NCBI RefSeq assembly: GCF_012295525.1
Contig: NZ_CP051167.1
Coordinates: 5,941,299 to 6,005,298, forward strand
Source: Oxynema aestuarii AP17
Lineage (GTDB): Bacteria > Cyanobacteriota > Cyanobacteriia > Cyanobacteriales > Laspinemataceae
Reading direction: 5' to 3'
Length of the DNA: 64,000 nt
Under the pieces are notes generated by a model. It ran no database searches, was not told where the DNA came from, and saw nothing but the letters and a program-made list of their open reading frames with translations. Both the position numbers and the translations under genes were made by a program. Shown here piece after piece: positions 32,550-42,308 of this stretch (the first letter of the stretch is position 1; the number at the start of each line of letters is the position of its first letter).

Positions 32550-33260
32550 ATGAATTCCCGAAAAGTAACCGACCGACAAAGCCAACGAGTTTTAATTACT
32601 GGAGTCAGTCGCGGTTTGGGTCGGGCGATGGCGGAGAGGTTTATTGAATTGGGACATACGGTGTGGGGATGCGCGCGATCGCCTGTGGCGATCGAAGAGT
32701 TACAAAAACAATTCGATCGCCCCCATCAATTTGCCGTTGTCGATGTCTCCGACGATTCCCAAGTGCGCGACTGGGCCAGGGAATTATTAACCGAAAAAAT
32801 TGCGCCGGATTTGTTAATCAATAATGCAGGAGTGATTAACCGTCCGGCTGTATTATGGGAACTCGACGATCGCGAATTTTCCCAAACGATCGATGTCAAT
32901 GTTAAAGGCGTTGCCAATACGATCCGGCATTTCGTGCCGTCGATGGTGGCGAACGATCGCGGGATTATTGTCAATTTTAGTTCGGGATGGGGACGCTCGA
33001 CTTCCCCGCAAGTCGGACCGTATTGTGCGACGAAATGGGCGATCGAAGGGCTGACGCGATCGCTCGCTCAAGAATTACCGACGACGATGGGGGCGATCGC
33101 CCTCAATCCAGGAATTATTCATACCGAAATGCTCGAAATTTGTTTTGGAGAAAGTGCGGCTTCCTACACTCCAATCGCCCGGTGGGTCGATCGGGCCGTT
33201 CCTTTTTTATTGGATTTATCTCCTCGGAATAATGGGGCTGCATTGACGGTGGGGGTGTAG
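32550..33260 (+). CDS. SDR-family short-chain dehydrogenase/reductase.
   Basis: The Rossmann motif VLITGVSRGLGRA and the active-site YxxxK motif (YCATKWAIEG) are present. Confidence 0.8.
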   Translation: MNSRKVTDRQSQRVLITGVSRGLGRAMAERFIELGHTVWGCARSPVAIEELQKQFDRPHQFAVVDVSDDSQVRDWARELLTEKIAPDLLINNAGVINRPAVLWELDDREFSQTIDVNVKGVANTIRHFVPSMVANDRGIIVNFSSGWGRSTSPQVGPYCATKWAIEGLTRSLAQELPTTMGAIALNPGIIHTEMLEICFGESAASYTPIARWVDRAVPFLLDLSPRNNGAALTVGV

Positions 33261-33367
33261 GGAGAAACCCGTCTATGACAGCTAGAAAACTGGCAATTTT
33301 AGCTCCCGGTTAACGGTTTTTTTCCCTGAAAATATGGATAAGTGGGATAACAGAGGAGTGTGATTCA

Positions 33368-33565
33368 ATGGACGAGAGAACGCAACCCCAACCGGATCGA
33401 AAACCATCGGAGGTTTCGCCAGAGTCGGAAATGCTTACGGAACTCGATCTCATGTCTAAGGACTTAGCCCGGGCTTTGACCGTTTATTTTACCTGGAAAA
33501 GTTCCGGATTACTCGACGAGAAGCGACCTTCTAGGGAGGTTCAACACCCCGATCGCGCGGAGTGA
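33368..33565 (+). CDS. Small hypothetical protein.
   Basis: A 65-aa ORF ending just before a strong bidirectional terminator. Confidence 0.35.
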   Translation: MDERTQPQPDRKPSEVSPESEMLTELDLMSKDLARALTVYFTWKSSGLLDEKRPSREVQHPDRAE

Positions 33566-33572
33566 AAGGGAA

Positions 33573-33635
33573 TAGAAAAAGGGCGATCGCGCAGTTGTCG
33601 AGTTCGAGACGCGATCGCCCTTTTTCTATTTTTAT
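33573..33635. terminator. Bidirectional rho-independent terminator between convergent small genes.
   Basis: A 17-bp perfect stem GAAAAAGGGCGATCGCG...CGCGATCGCCCTTTTTC is flanked by A-runs and T-runs on both sides. Confidence 0.7.
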
Positions 33636-33679
33636 GGCTATTTTATGGCTATTTTACGGCCACGATCGGGCCTGGGAGT

Positions 33680-33895
33680 TTAGCCGATGGTAGAGAGGTC
33701 GTCCACGATTTGAACGCGACCCCGGCAGATCGAACGCAGGAGGCGGTCGAGACAGCGCCGATCGTCTTCGGCTAAGGATTCGTCTAACACCGCAGCCATC
33801 AAGCCGTAGCGGTCGGCTTTGGCGATTTGTTGAGTTTCGCGGACGCAGGCGAGTAATTCAGGAATGGCGCCGGGGAGAAGATTGAGCGTAATCAT
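33680..33895 (-). CDS. Small hypothetical protein.
   Basis: A 71-aa ORF terminated by the bidirectional terminator. Confidence 0.4.
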   Translation of the reverse strand: MITLNLLPGAIPELLACVRETQQIAKADRYGLMAAVLDESLAEDDRRCLDRLLRSICRGRVQIVDDLSTIG

Positions 33896-34079
33896 GGGAC
33901 GATCTCGAACTCGATATTTATATCGTCGCTAGAATTCAAGGCGATCGCCGCGATCGCGCGACCCTCGAAGAGGCGATCGACTTCGGCAAGGGAAGCGATC
34001 GCGCTTAGATTATGACGCGATCGCCATCACAAAATCAATCGGCATCCTTGCGGGTCTCGGCGAACGAGATCGGCAATTT

Positions 34080-34754
34080 TTATCGGGACGTTCCGGGAGA
34101 GGCGATCGACGGGCGTTTCCGAAAAACTACGGAAAAGTTATTGGCAGGCATTTCTACCAGTTCGTTCAAATCGAGACAGGCGCCCTCGGCGATCGCCACC
34201 ACTTCATCTAAATCGCGCACTCCCCAACTCGGATTTTGCTGCTGCAAGATTTCGTCAAACGCCGCATTACTCGCCGCCGTATGCCGACCGCCGCGTTTAA
34301 ACGCCCCGTAAATGTACAGAACGCCATCGGGGGGTAATAGGCGATTCGCCCCCGCCAACAAGCCGAGGGTCGTTTCCCAGGGGGAAATATGCAGCAAATT
34401 AATCGCCACGATCGCCGTCAGAGGCGGTTTTCCCGTCGCCCATTCCCGATCGGTTTCGATCGCCCATTGCGACGCCCGCGCATCCACAGCCAACGGCGGA
34501 TATAAACTTTTACAGGGACGAGCCATTTGCCACGCTTCGATACTGCGGCGCAACATGGCTTCCGGTTCTGTAGGCTGCCAACCTCGCGGCTGCAACTGGG
34601 GCGCGAAATAAACCGCGTGTTCCCCCGTTCCACTGGCAATTTCCAACACCGTCCCCGTCGGCGGCAGCACTCGCTTCAAGACCGTTAAAATTGGGTCTCG
34701 GTTGCGCTGGGTCGCGGGGGCGTATTTTCTAGCATCTTCCGAAAGTTGAGTCAT
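34080..34754 (-). CDS. DUF938-like SAM-dependent methyltransferase-fold protein.
   Basis: The N-terminus YAPATQRNRDPILTVLKRVLPPTGTVLEIASGTGEHAVYFAP is the DUF938 signature. The start is taken at MTQLSE (ATG at 34754). Confidence 0.55.
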   Translation of the reverse strand: MTQLSEDARKYAPATQRNRDPILTVLKRVLPPTGTVLEIASGTGEHAVYFAPQLQPRGWQPTEPEAMLRRSIEAWQMARPCKSLYPPLAVDARASQWAIETDREWATGKPPLTAIVAINLLHISPWETTLGLLAGANRLLPPDGVLYIYGAFKRGGRHTAASNAAFDEILQQQNPSWGVRDLDEVVAIAEGACLDLNELVEMPANNFSVVFRKRPSIASPGTSR

Positions 34755-35214
34755 CGGGGCTTGATTTTGCCTCGGGCAAAATGCGAACGGTTCGTCGCGA
34801 TCGAGCTTAGAAGCCGATGGCACAATTGACAATTATTTGGCGCAAATCGCGTCACCTCCATGAGGTTCACCCAATTGGGGGATTGGCGATCGCCCGGTCG
34901 GTCGATGTTGGAGCAGCCTAGATTCGGACATAATAAAATCAATCGCGGTTAACCAAACAAGCGAACCTTTTCATACCCCTGGAAAGGACCCCCCAGTTTG
35001 GTAATAGGAAACCGCTAGCTTTGGCTAACCCCCCCTTAGCCAATTCAAAAATCCTACCCTATTTCAAAGACAGCCCCAGTGATTTAAACATTGGGGCTTC
35101 TCCTTATTTAAGGCTCTTTTTTAACCTTGAGAAGGGGAACTTCTCGAACGACTTGGCTTTAATCCAACAAGTTCGGTTCCTCATGACGATCGAAAAGGCT
35201 ATAACTGAAAGAGT

Positions 35215-35550
35215 TTACCCGCGAATTCCGAAATAGGTCACGACTAAGTTTTCTTGACTATCATTGATGAGTTCGTGAATTTCTCCGGGTTCCACGGCGA
35301 TGCAGGTTCCCGGTGCTAAAGGATAGGCGCGATCGCCGATCCGAATCGTTCCCCTCCCTTCACTAACAAAAAACACCTCATACATATCGGAGTGAGCGTG
35401 ACCGTCGGCAATTTCTCCTGGCGGAAAAGTCGCTTGAGAAAAATAGACTAAGTTAGGCAACTCTCCCGGTTCGATTATTACTTTTTTGTTGATTTTTTGA
35501 TTATGAGAAACGGGTTTTACTGCCAAATCTTCGAGACGAATATATTTCAT
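35215..35550 (-). CDS. Cupin-domain protein.
   Basis: The two-His cupin motifs HAHSDMYEVFFVSEG ... PGEIHEL are present. Confidence 0.7.
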   Translation of the reverse strand: MKYIRLEDLAVKPVSHNQKINKKVIIEPGELPNLVYFSQATFPPGEIADGHAHSDMYEVFFVSEGRGTIRIGDRAYPLAPGTCIAVEPGEIHELINDSQENLVVTYFGIRG

Positions 35551-35671
35551 GTTTTGAGGTTAATTTGACTACAAATAGTTTTAATTTCAAACTAACAGAG
35601 GATAAAAGTAGGGGCGAAACATGTTTCGCCCCTAAATACAATTGGTTCCGATCGCCGTGAACTTAAAAAGA

Positions 35672-35920
35672 TCAAAGATACTCTCGATTCTCTTCATCTT
35701 CCAAGGCTTGAATTGCCAATAATAGCTCTTCCTCTTGGGCTTCAAATTCTTCCTCAGAAAGATCGCCGAGGTCGAAAGCTAACTGTAAAGACAACAAGCG
35801 CTTTTGTAGGTTTTCGCGATCGTCGAGTTCTGCATTGGCGCGGTCTAAAATTTGTTCGCCAATCCAGGTAATGCCTTCGAGTGGGCCGAGTACGGGGAAC
35901 GTGAGCAAGCGCAATAACAT
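35672..35920 (-). CDS. GvpG-like small protein (gas-vesicle protein G family fold), orphan.
   Basis: An N-terminal hydrophobic helix MLLRLLTFPVLGPLEGITWIGEQIL is followed by an acidic coiled region, the pattern of GvpG. No other gvp genes are nearby. Confidence 0.45.
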   Translation of the reverse strand: MLLRLLTFPVLGPLEGITWIGEQILDRANAELDDRENLQKRLLSLQLAFDLGDLSEEEFEAQEEELLLAIQALEDEENREYL

Positions 35921-36190
35921 AATGACAATTGGGGATTCTAACGAGACGGATAGACAAGCGGATTTTCGGTCAATTTTCGCTCAAAACGATCGCCCCTGGG
36001 GGGATTGGGGGAAACAATTTCGCCCAATACAGGGGTGATATGTAACAAACTTTGGCAAAATGTCGATTTATTTCCCAATGCCTTCAAAATAGCAAGTAAC
36101 CCACGTTAACGCAGTACATCGAACTCGCCGATCTCGATCCGCGAAGGCGACGATCGCCACTGAGGGCTGGAGACAGGAAACTCCCCCAAT

Positions 36191-36952
36191 ATGCCGCGAG
36201 TTCGCTGCAATGTCTCATCCAACCTTGCGCTTTTGAATCGTTCGATGAATAACTCGGTGCAACTCGATCCCCTCGACAGTCCCCATCCGATCCCGTGGAG
36301 TTGGATTGTCGCCATTCAAACCCAAGCGTCGGCGAGAAAATTGTGTGCTGTTCGTCACTATCGCAGTAGTTCTCTGATTTCGCCGGACGGTTGTTATGCA
36401 GCTTACAGTCGCATTTCGATGAAAGTCGATCCGGTGATGGTTCGTTCTCGGGTCAGCAGTGTGGCGATCGTCGAAAATCTGAAAACGGGTCAGTTACGAA
36501 CCCTCTGTCCGACGTCACCGCTAGCAGAAAATCCGTTCGATCGCGAGAGGGGGGCGCCTGTCTCGGGGACGATTTCGATCGCCGTTCCGATTTCTTGGTC
36601 CCATCGGGGCGATCGCCTGTTAGTCAGAGTCTTTGAATCCTTATTCTGTTCCGATATTGCCTCGGATTATGCCTTAGTTTGGGATCGAGAGTCGCTCAAC
36701 AGCAATACGGTAGCCCCTACGGAAATTCAATACACCCATGCAGTGTTATTGGGGTGGAGCGATCGCGCGCCGGATTCTATCTTATTCCGTGCGGGTAAAA
36801 TTGGCGGCGATTTGTGGTCCGAGTGGCGGGTGGAGGTCACCGGAAAAACCTCGTTGGCGAAAGGCGATCGCCCGGTCATCATAGGGGAAAAGGTGAATAC
36901 AGTCTGGAGTGGACCGCAATTGGGCGAGTCGTGGGGTGTGGGCCATGGCTAG
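36191..36952 (+). CDS. Hypothetical protein.
   Basis: A 253-aa ORF with coding-like composition. The start is uncertain. Confidence 0.4.
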   Translation: MPRVRCNVSSNLALLNRSMNNSVQLDPLDSPHPIPWSWIVAIQTQASARKLCAVRHYRSSSLISPDGCYAAYSRISMKVDPVMVRSRVSSVAIVENLKTGQLRTLCPTSPLAENPFDRERGAPVSGTISIAVPISWSHRGDRLLVRVFESLFCSDIASDYALVWDRESLNSNTVAPTEIQYTHAVLLGWSDRAPDSILFRAGKIGGDLWSEWRVEVTGKTSLAKGDRPVIIGEKVNTVWSGPQLGESWGVGHG

Positions 36953-37055
36953 GTCTACCGGGAGGATGTCGGCATGGCGCAGATTTTATCCCAAAAGTGG
37001 ACCACGGCAACTTAAACTCTAAAAGCTCAATAAAAGCTCAATATCCCTATCCAAA

Positions 37056-38954
37056 ATGCCTCCTCTCGAATGGAATACCCTACTACTTGTTGTCGCTTTA
37101 TTGGGATTGACGGCAATTTTAATGGGGGTTTATCGCCGTCGGTTTTATATCGTCCCCAAACCGCCGTTTTCAAAACGCCCCCCTCCGATTGCTGAAGACG
37201 ATGTAGGGCAATTACTCGATCGCGACAATCTCATTGCAGCACGAGCACTTTACCAACCGATCGCCCCGTGGACGGGTCGGCTGATTTTACCGACCCCGGA
37301 TCGCCGTCAACGGTCGGGGGCGATCGCCTTTGAAGTCCACAACAGCCCGCCGGAGTGGGCATTTTTGCGCGATCGCGTGGTGACGTTGAAATGGAGAGAC
37401 ACGCCGGAAGTTCGCGATTACCTGCAACAAGTCACGGTGGATCTGCGCTTCGGTCCTCAACTCAAACTGGCGCGGAAACTCGGGGCGATCGTCCCGAAGC
37501 GCCTCGACGGGTGGGATCGGGTCGGACCGTTGGAATCGTTGGCGGGGGGACGACCGGAAAACGATGTCGCGGTCAAACTGTGCGATCCGCAGGTCGAAAA
37601 AGACGCAGAGGCGATCGCCTTGACGATCGATCGCGAACCGATCCAAATAGCGGGTCGGTTGAAAGCCTTAGTCACGTTAATTCAACGGTTAGAAGCAGGG
37701 GAGAGCGATCGCTTTTTAGTACGTCACTACGATCGCGAGACCGGAGGATTCGACGGCCCGTTCGAGGCGATCGCCATTCCCCAAGTTCCGCGCAACCGTC
37801 AGGGAGTGTATCCCTCTACGAATCGGGATTTAGAACGATCGCCGTTCAATGCAAGCGGTTGGTACGTTTACGGGAATCGAGAGGCGGACGGGATCTTTGT
37901 GGTCGAAGCGATCGAACCGCGCGCCCTGACTTGGGTGCAATGCGATCGCGCGATCGTCACGGCTAAAGCGGCGATCGCCCATTTACGAAAGCACAACTGG
38001 TCCGATACTGCGGCGAAAAAAGGCAGGGGGTCGGCGGTGTTATTGGATACGACCTCGGAAGGACCGCAAGGGGCGATCGCGCGGTGGCGAGGGGGCGATC
38101 GCGCGATCGTCATCCATCTCTTCGGCGGAATCGGCGGTCAAAACGCCGAACCCGCGCCCTTGGGTCTAGTGACGGGTCATTTTGCCTACGGTTTCGCCAC
38201 GGCGATCGAAGATTCGTTTACCGGAGAATTGCGCTTCGCGATCGAATATCGCCAAATTTACGCCCACAATCGCGAAGGCATTATTTCCGGGGCGATCGAT
38301 TGGTCCGAGTACATGGGCAATTTGCGCCGGGGATGGTTGGGGTTGCGGCCCGTATCCGATATTTTGGTCAAATTCGAGACCGTGACCGAAGCGTTTGAGT
38401 TTGACGCGATCGAACTGTCGCCGATCGCCTATCTCGACCGGGAATTGACGACGATGTGCGCCCGCTACCGAACCGGAGACGGGACGGGGGTTTCCCTGGT
38501 CAATCCGGCGAGTTCGTGCGTGCAGGACTCGAATCAGGCGCTTTACGTCACCATCAAACGTCTGGAAGAGGCGATCGCCACCAGCGCCCCGATTCAAAAT
38601 TGGCTGGCGCGCCACCTCGACCACCCGCAAAGGGTACAACTGAGTCAATTAGACGATTTAGCGAAAGTTCTCGAACGCAATCTCGTTCCGTTCGGTATCG
38701 TACAGCCCGACTGGCGGCGAAATGTCGAGCGAGTGGCGGCGAGTCGGGGATCTAAAGACCCGATCGCCGTGTTGCTCAAAACGATCGCCACCTGGCGGAC
38801 CTTGCTCCCCCGTCGCGCCCACGACGAAATTGCCGCCATTTTGCTCAAACGGGGGGCCGCTTTGTGGATTTTGCGAACCAATCAGATCGGCGGCTTCGAT
38901 CCGGAGATCTTGCCGGAAGCACCGACGGCGTTACTCGGGCCTCGCCTGCGCTAG
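37056..38954 (+). CDS. Large conserved hypothetical membrane-anchored protein.
   Basis: An N-terminal TM helix LLLVVALLGLTAILMGVY is followed by a 600-aa soluble region. I recognise no family. Confidence 0.6.
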   Translation: MPPLEWNTLLLVVALLGLTAILMGVYRRRFYIVPKPPFSKRPPPIAEDDVGQLLDRDNLIAARALYQPIAPWTGRLILPTPDRRQRSGAIAFEVHNSPPEWAFLRDRVVTLKWRDTPEVRDYLQQVTVDLRFGPQLKLARKLGAIVPKRLDGWDRVGPLESLAGGRPENDVAVKLCDPQVEKDAEAIALTIDREPIQIAGRLKALVTLIQRLEAGESDRFLVRHYDRETGGFDGPFEAIAIPQVPRNRQGVYPSTNRDLERSPFNASGWYVYGNREADGIFVVEAIEPRALTWVQCDRAIVTAKAAIAHLRKHNWSDTAAKKGRGSAVLLDTTSEGPQGAIARWRGGDRAIVIHLFGGIGGQNAEPAPLGLVTGHFAYGFATAIEDSFTGELRFAIEYRQIYAHNREGIISGAIDWSEYMGNLRRGWLGLRPVSDILVKFETVTEAFEFDAIELSPIAYLDRELTTMCARYRTGDGTGVSLVNPASSCVQDSNQALYVTIKRLEEAIATSAPIQNWLARHLDHPQRVQLSQLDDLAKVLERNLVPFGIVQPDWRRNVERVAASRGSKDPIAVLLKTIATWRTLLPRRAHDEIAAILLKRGAALWILRTNQIGGFDPEILPEAPTALLGPRLR

Positions 38955-40369
38955 AAGCCGTCCCAGGGGCTGACTTCGGGAACCCCCGTGGGTCTGAAGA
39001 CCACTCGAAATTGAGCGATCGCGGCGGGGGTGACGGTGTTGTTGCTGCGAACGACGGCGGCGGAGGGCTGATGGAGTTCTTGGAGGGGGGTTTTGTCCAA
39101 ATTCTCCTCGGAGAGGCGATCGACGGCCTCGTAATCGACAATGGTGCCATCTTCGATGACGCCGACCCGGTAGGTGAGGGGGCGAACGAAGTCCCGAGAA
39201 GCGGGCAAGGCATCGATTAATTGACCTTGGAGGGTGTAAACGAGATCGTCGATGACGGCGCGATCGGTAATTTCCGGGGCGTCGCCGAGATCGATGGCTT
39301 CCTCACGCTGTTGGTTTTGCCAGGGATCGACTTGCAGTCTGCCGTCGGGTTGAAAGATGACTTCAAACAGGGCGACGGGTTCGGGGGCGCTGCCCCCTTC
39401 GACGGGTTTGTAAACCAGTTGGCTCAAGGGGGTCCCGTCGCTGTATTCGCGGGCGAGATCGTTTTGAGCTTCGTAACCGACGATCGCCCCGTCTGCACCG
39501 ACGCCGACTCGATAGATTAAATCGAGATCGAACTCGGGGCGGGTTTGCCACGCTTCATCGATCTGGTCGTAGAGTTGGTCTTCGAGGGTTGCTAAGGTTT
39601 CGGGGTCGGTAATGGTGGGGGTCGCCGGGGCGCTGGTGCGGCTCAACTCGTCCGGAGACGGCGGCGAGGGGCGATCTTCCGGCGGATCGCTCCCGGCGGG
39701 GGTCGTGTCTTGAGAGTCTTGCAGTTGTTCGGAGGTCGGTTGGGGTTTGGGATCTTCGACGGGTCGTTCGATGTCCGGGACGGGGACGAAGAAGAACGCC
39801 ATGGCGGCGATCGCCAAACTGGAAACCCCGATTGCCGCAGGTAAGGCGCGCTGGGTGACGGGTATTTGAGTTTTGGCCTCGCTTTTTGAGACCGATCGCA
39901 ACTGCAGCGCCAATTGGGGTAGGGTTTCGCGATCGGCTAAAAATTGATCGACTGCTTCGACGAGATCGAACAACTGCACCGAGTTGAGATCGATGGTCAG
40001 GGGAGGGCTTCCGGGACGGTCCGGCGATCGTACCAGCAAGCGATGTAAGTTGGTATCGAGGGGTTTGAACTGCACCAACGCCGACTCGCTCTCGTCTTCG
40101 TCGCCGTGCGGATCCCCCAAACGCCTGTAAGCTCTTACGCCACTTAAGAATTCTTGCGCGTAACTACTGACCGCCATCACCAAGGCTTGGAAGAATTCCA
40201 TCCCCCCGGAAAGCGGTTGCTCTTTCCCCGCCACGTAACAGTCCGCATTGACTAAAATTGACAGGGTGTTCGCAGAGGTCGAACTTCCCGACCCGGAGCT
40301 TTTCTCGTCACTCAAGCCTTCTAAAATTAGCTTGCAATTGGGCAGGATATATTCACGTTGAATGCTCAT
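38951..40369 (-). CDS. DUF4335-like conserved cyanobacterial protein.
   Basis: The N-terminus MSIQREYILPNCKLILEGLSD resembles the DUF4335 start, followed by a central Pro/Ser-rich linker. The family name comes from recollection. Confidence 0.5.
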   Translation of the reverse strand: MSIQREYILPNCKLILEGLSDEKSSGSGSSTSANTLSILVNADCYVAGKEQPLSGGMEFFQALVMAVSSYAQEFLSGVRAYRRLGDPHGDEDESESALVQFKPLDTNLHRLLVRSPDRPGSPPLTIDLNSVQLFDLVEAVDQFLADRETLPQLALQLRSVSKSEAKTQIPVTQRALPAAIGVSSLAIAAMAFFFVPVPDIERPVEDPKPQPTSEQLQDSQDTTPAGSDPPEDRPSPPSPDELSRTSAPATPTITDPETLATLEDQLYDQIDEAWQTRPEFDLDLIYRVGVGADGAIVGYEAQNDLAREYSDGTPLSQLVYKPVEGGSAPEPVALFEVIFQPDGRLQVDPWQNQQREEAIDLGDAPEITDRAVIDDLVYTLQGQLIDALPASRDFVRPLTYRVGVIEDGTIVDYEAVDRLSEENLDKTPLQELHQPSAAVVRSNNTVTPAAIAQFRVVFRPTGVPEVSPWDGF

Positions 40370-40974
40370 CAGACCTCTCCATCAAACAGACTCGTCCACA
40401 ACCGTTGCATTCCTGCGGTTCCCGTGCATAAGAGCAGTTGACCGAGCAGGGAAATGGCCAGTTCGTCGAGCTTCTCGTTGGAGTTATAAGCCATTACTCC
40501 CGCCCGTCGGGGATTCATCCGACTACGAAAGTGGGCTCGAAATCGTTCTAAATAGTTCGACAGGCGCAGGTGTTGCTCGATCGGAATCTGCTTGACTTGT
40601 AATTGGTGGTAGTCGAGTAAGAGTTGGCGGATCGTTACGGTCAAGCGACGGGCTAGGGAGCAGGCGATCGCCACGAGGGCTTTGGCTTCGAGCAAGCTTA
40701 AGGGACGCCGTTGGCTGTAGCGTCTGAGGGGATTGCTACTGCGAAGTTGCCACAAAAATACCCGGTTTTTAATAATGTGGTCTAGCTGTTGTTCTTTCGC
40801 CACCGCTAAAATTGCCTCGGAACCTCCTAGATATAAGGCTTCAATGGCCAGTAAAATCAGGTCGATTTGCAACCGGGTACTGCGAGGACAGCCGATTTCC
40901 CAGTGTCCTGGCGGATCGGGCAGACTTTGTAGAAGATCTGGGATAGTTTTGTCTGGTGGACTCTTAGATTGCAT
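40369..40974 (-). CDS. DUF3038-like conserved cyanobacterial protein.
   Basis: It is adjacent to and co-directional with the DUF4335-like gene, with start/stop overlap. The assignment relies on recollection of this recurring gene pair. Confidence 0.45.
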   Translation of the reverse strand: MQSKSPPDKTIPDLLQSLPDPPGHWEIGCPRSTRLQIDLILLAIEALYLGGSEAILAVAKEQQLDHIIKNRVFLWQLRSSNPLRRYSQRRPLSLLEAKALVAIACSLARRLTVTIRQLLLDYHQLQVKQIPIEQHLRLSNYLERFRAHFRSRMNPRRAGVMAYNSNEKLDELAISLLGQLLLCTGTAGMQRLWTSLFDGEV

Positions 40975-41023
40975 GAGGGTTACTGGACCATTCATTCCTA
41001 ACGGACTCGGCACGCGATCGGCA

Positions 41024-41258
41024 CTAAGTTGACATCCTCTGCGGCCTCAAGGCGCCCAGATCCCCAGACCTCACGATCTGAGTTTCTGTTTCGTAGCACC
41101 AGCATAAGCGAGATTTACGCTCTTCGGGTCTTACGATCGCGACCCAGATTGACACCGCTTGCCCGGCGGCCAAGACATTGATAGCAGCATTGACATCGCG
41201 ATCGGGGTTGCAACTACATTCAGTTGGATAGAAACGATATCGGAACGCCTTTTTAGTC
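41024..41258 (-). pseudogene. Internally deleted IS200/IS605-family tnpB relic (miniature element).
   Basis: The 78-aa ORF fuses a TnpB N-terminus MTKKAFRYRFYPT directly to a TnpB C-terminal RuvC-III/Zn-finger remnant ECSCNPDRDVNAAINVLAAG. The roughly 350 aa normally between them are missing. Confidence 0.65.
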
Positions 41259-41628
41259 ATGCTCACATTATGGCGCGGACAATGTAAAGCTGCCCTACAA
41301 GGCTTGCCCTGAGCTGAGCCGAAGGGGCGGGGTTTCAGAACCAGGAGTTTTGATGATAACAGAAGCCGTGTAGATTTTAGGTTTCGGGGGATTGAACCGC
41401 TCAATTTACGCGGCCTACACCACCAGCCAAATCAAGGATTATAGCTGGAGTACGGGTCGGTTCTTGACCGTTGATTGTATCAAGATCGCCGCCAACTCCT
41501 ATCGCAACAACCGTTTTCAGCTATAATTTGCACTTTAAAGCTTAGAGCGTCCGGACTTCAAAATCTTCTCCCGATCGCTGCTTAATTCTGTGTTCTGTAG
41601 GGACGGCTGAATCCACACCAGTTTTGAT

Positions 41629-42144
41629 ATGGATCTTAAATCTCTGATTCGCAACATTCCAGATTTTCCCAAACCCGGTATTGTTTTTCGCGATATTACG
41701 ACTCTGCTGCGCGATCGCGAGGGTCTGCGATTCGCGATCGATGCCATGGCTCAAACTTGCCAAGCTTGGGAACCCGAGTTTATCGTCGGGATGGAATCTC
41801 GTGGCTTCATGTTTGGCGTGCCCCTCGCTTACCAACTCGGCGTCGGTTTTATCCCCGTTCGCAAACCCGGCAAACTCCCCGCAGACTGTCACTCGGTCGA
41901 GTACGAACTCGAATATGGTAGCGATCGCCTCGACATGCACAAAGATGCCCTCGATCCCGGTCACCGCGTCGTCGTCGTCGATGACCTGATCGCCACTGGA
42001 GGCACTGCCAAAGCCACCGCCGACCTCCTCGAACGGGCGGGCGCCCACGTGGCAGGGTTCTGTTTTGCTGTAGAACTGCGCGAGTTGGGCGGACGGGAAA
42101 AACTGCCGTCCAACGTGCCAATTGTTAGTTTAGTGCAGTATTAA
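41629..42144 (+). CDS. apt: Adenine phosphoribosyltransferase.
   Basis: The motifs [19 protein letters not shown] and the PRPP-binding [14 protein letters not shown] are present. Confidence 0.9.
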   Translation: MDLKSLIRNIPDFPKPGIVFRDITTLLRDREGLRFAIDAMAQTCQAWEPEFIVGMESRGFMFGVPLAYQLGVGFIPVRKPGKLPADCHSVEYELEYGSDRLDMHKDALDPGHRVVVVDDLIATGGTAKATADLLERAGAHVAGFCFAVELRELGGREKLPSNVPIVSLVQY

Positions 42145-42308
42145 GAGGATTAAGAACAATCTTAAGACTGTCGTATCGAACGCTACGACCCCGTTAGCGC
42201 AGCGACGCCGACCGGCGTTAGGGGAGGCTGAGGTTGTCGGACTGGGCTGATTTCCGTGTCCCTCGTCCCCAACGCCTCTTCCGGATTGAGACTATACGCG
42301 ATCGCCTT

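Noticed and set aside
41370-41470. A tRNA-like T-loop-looking string (GGTTCAATCCCCC on the minus strand) near the TnpB relic.
   Set aside because: No complementary T-stem, acceptor stem or anticodon arm can be drawn. It is probably part of the degraded IS left end.
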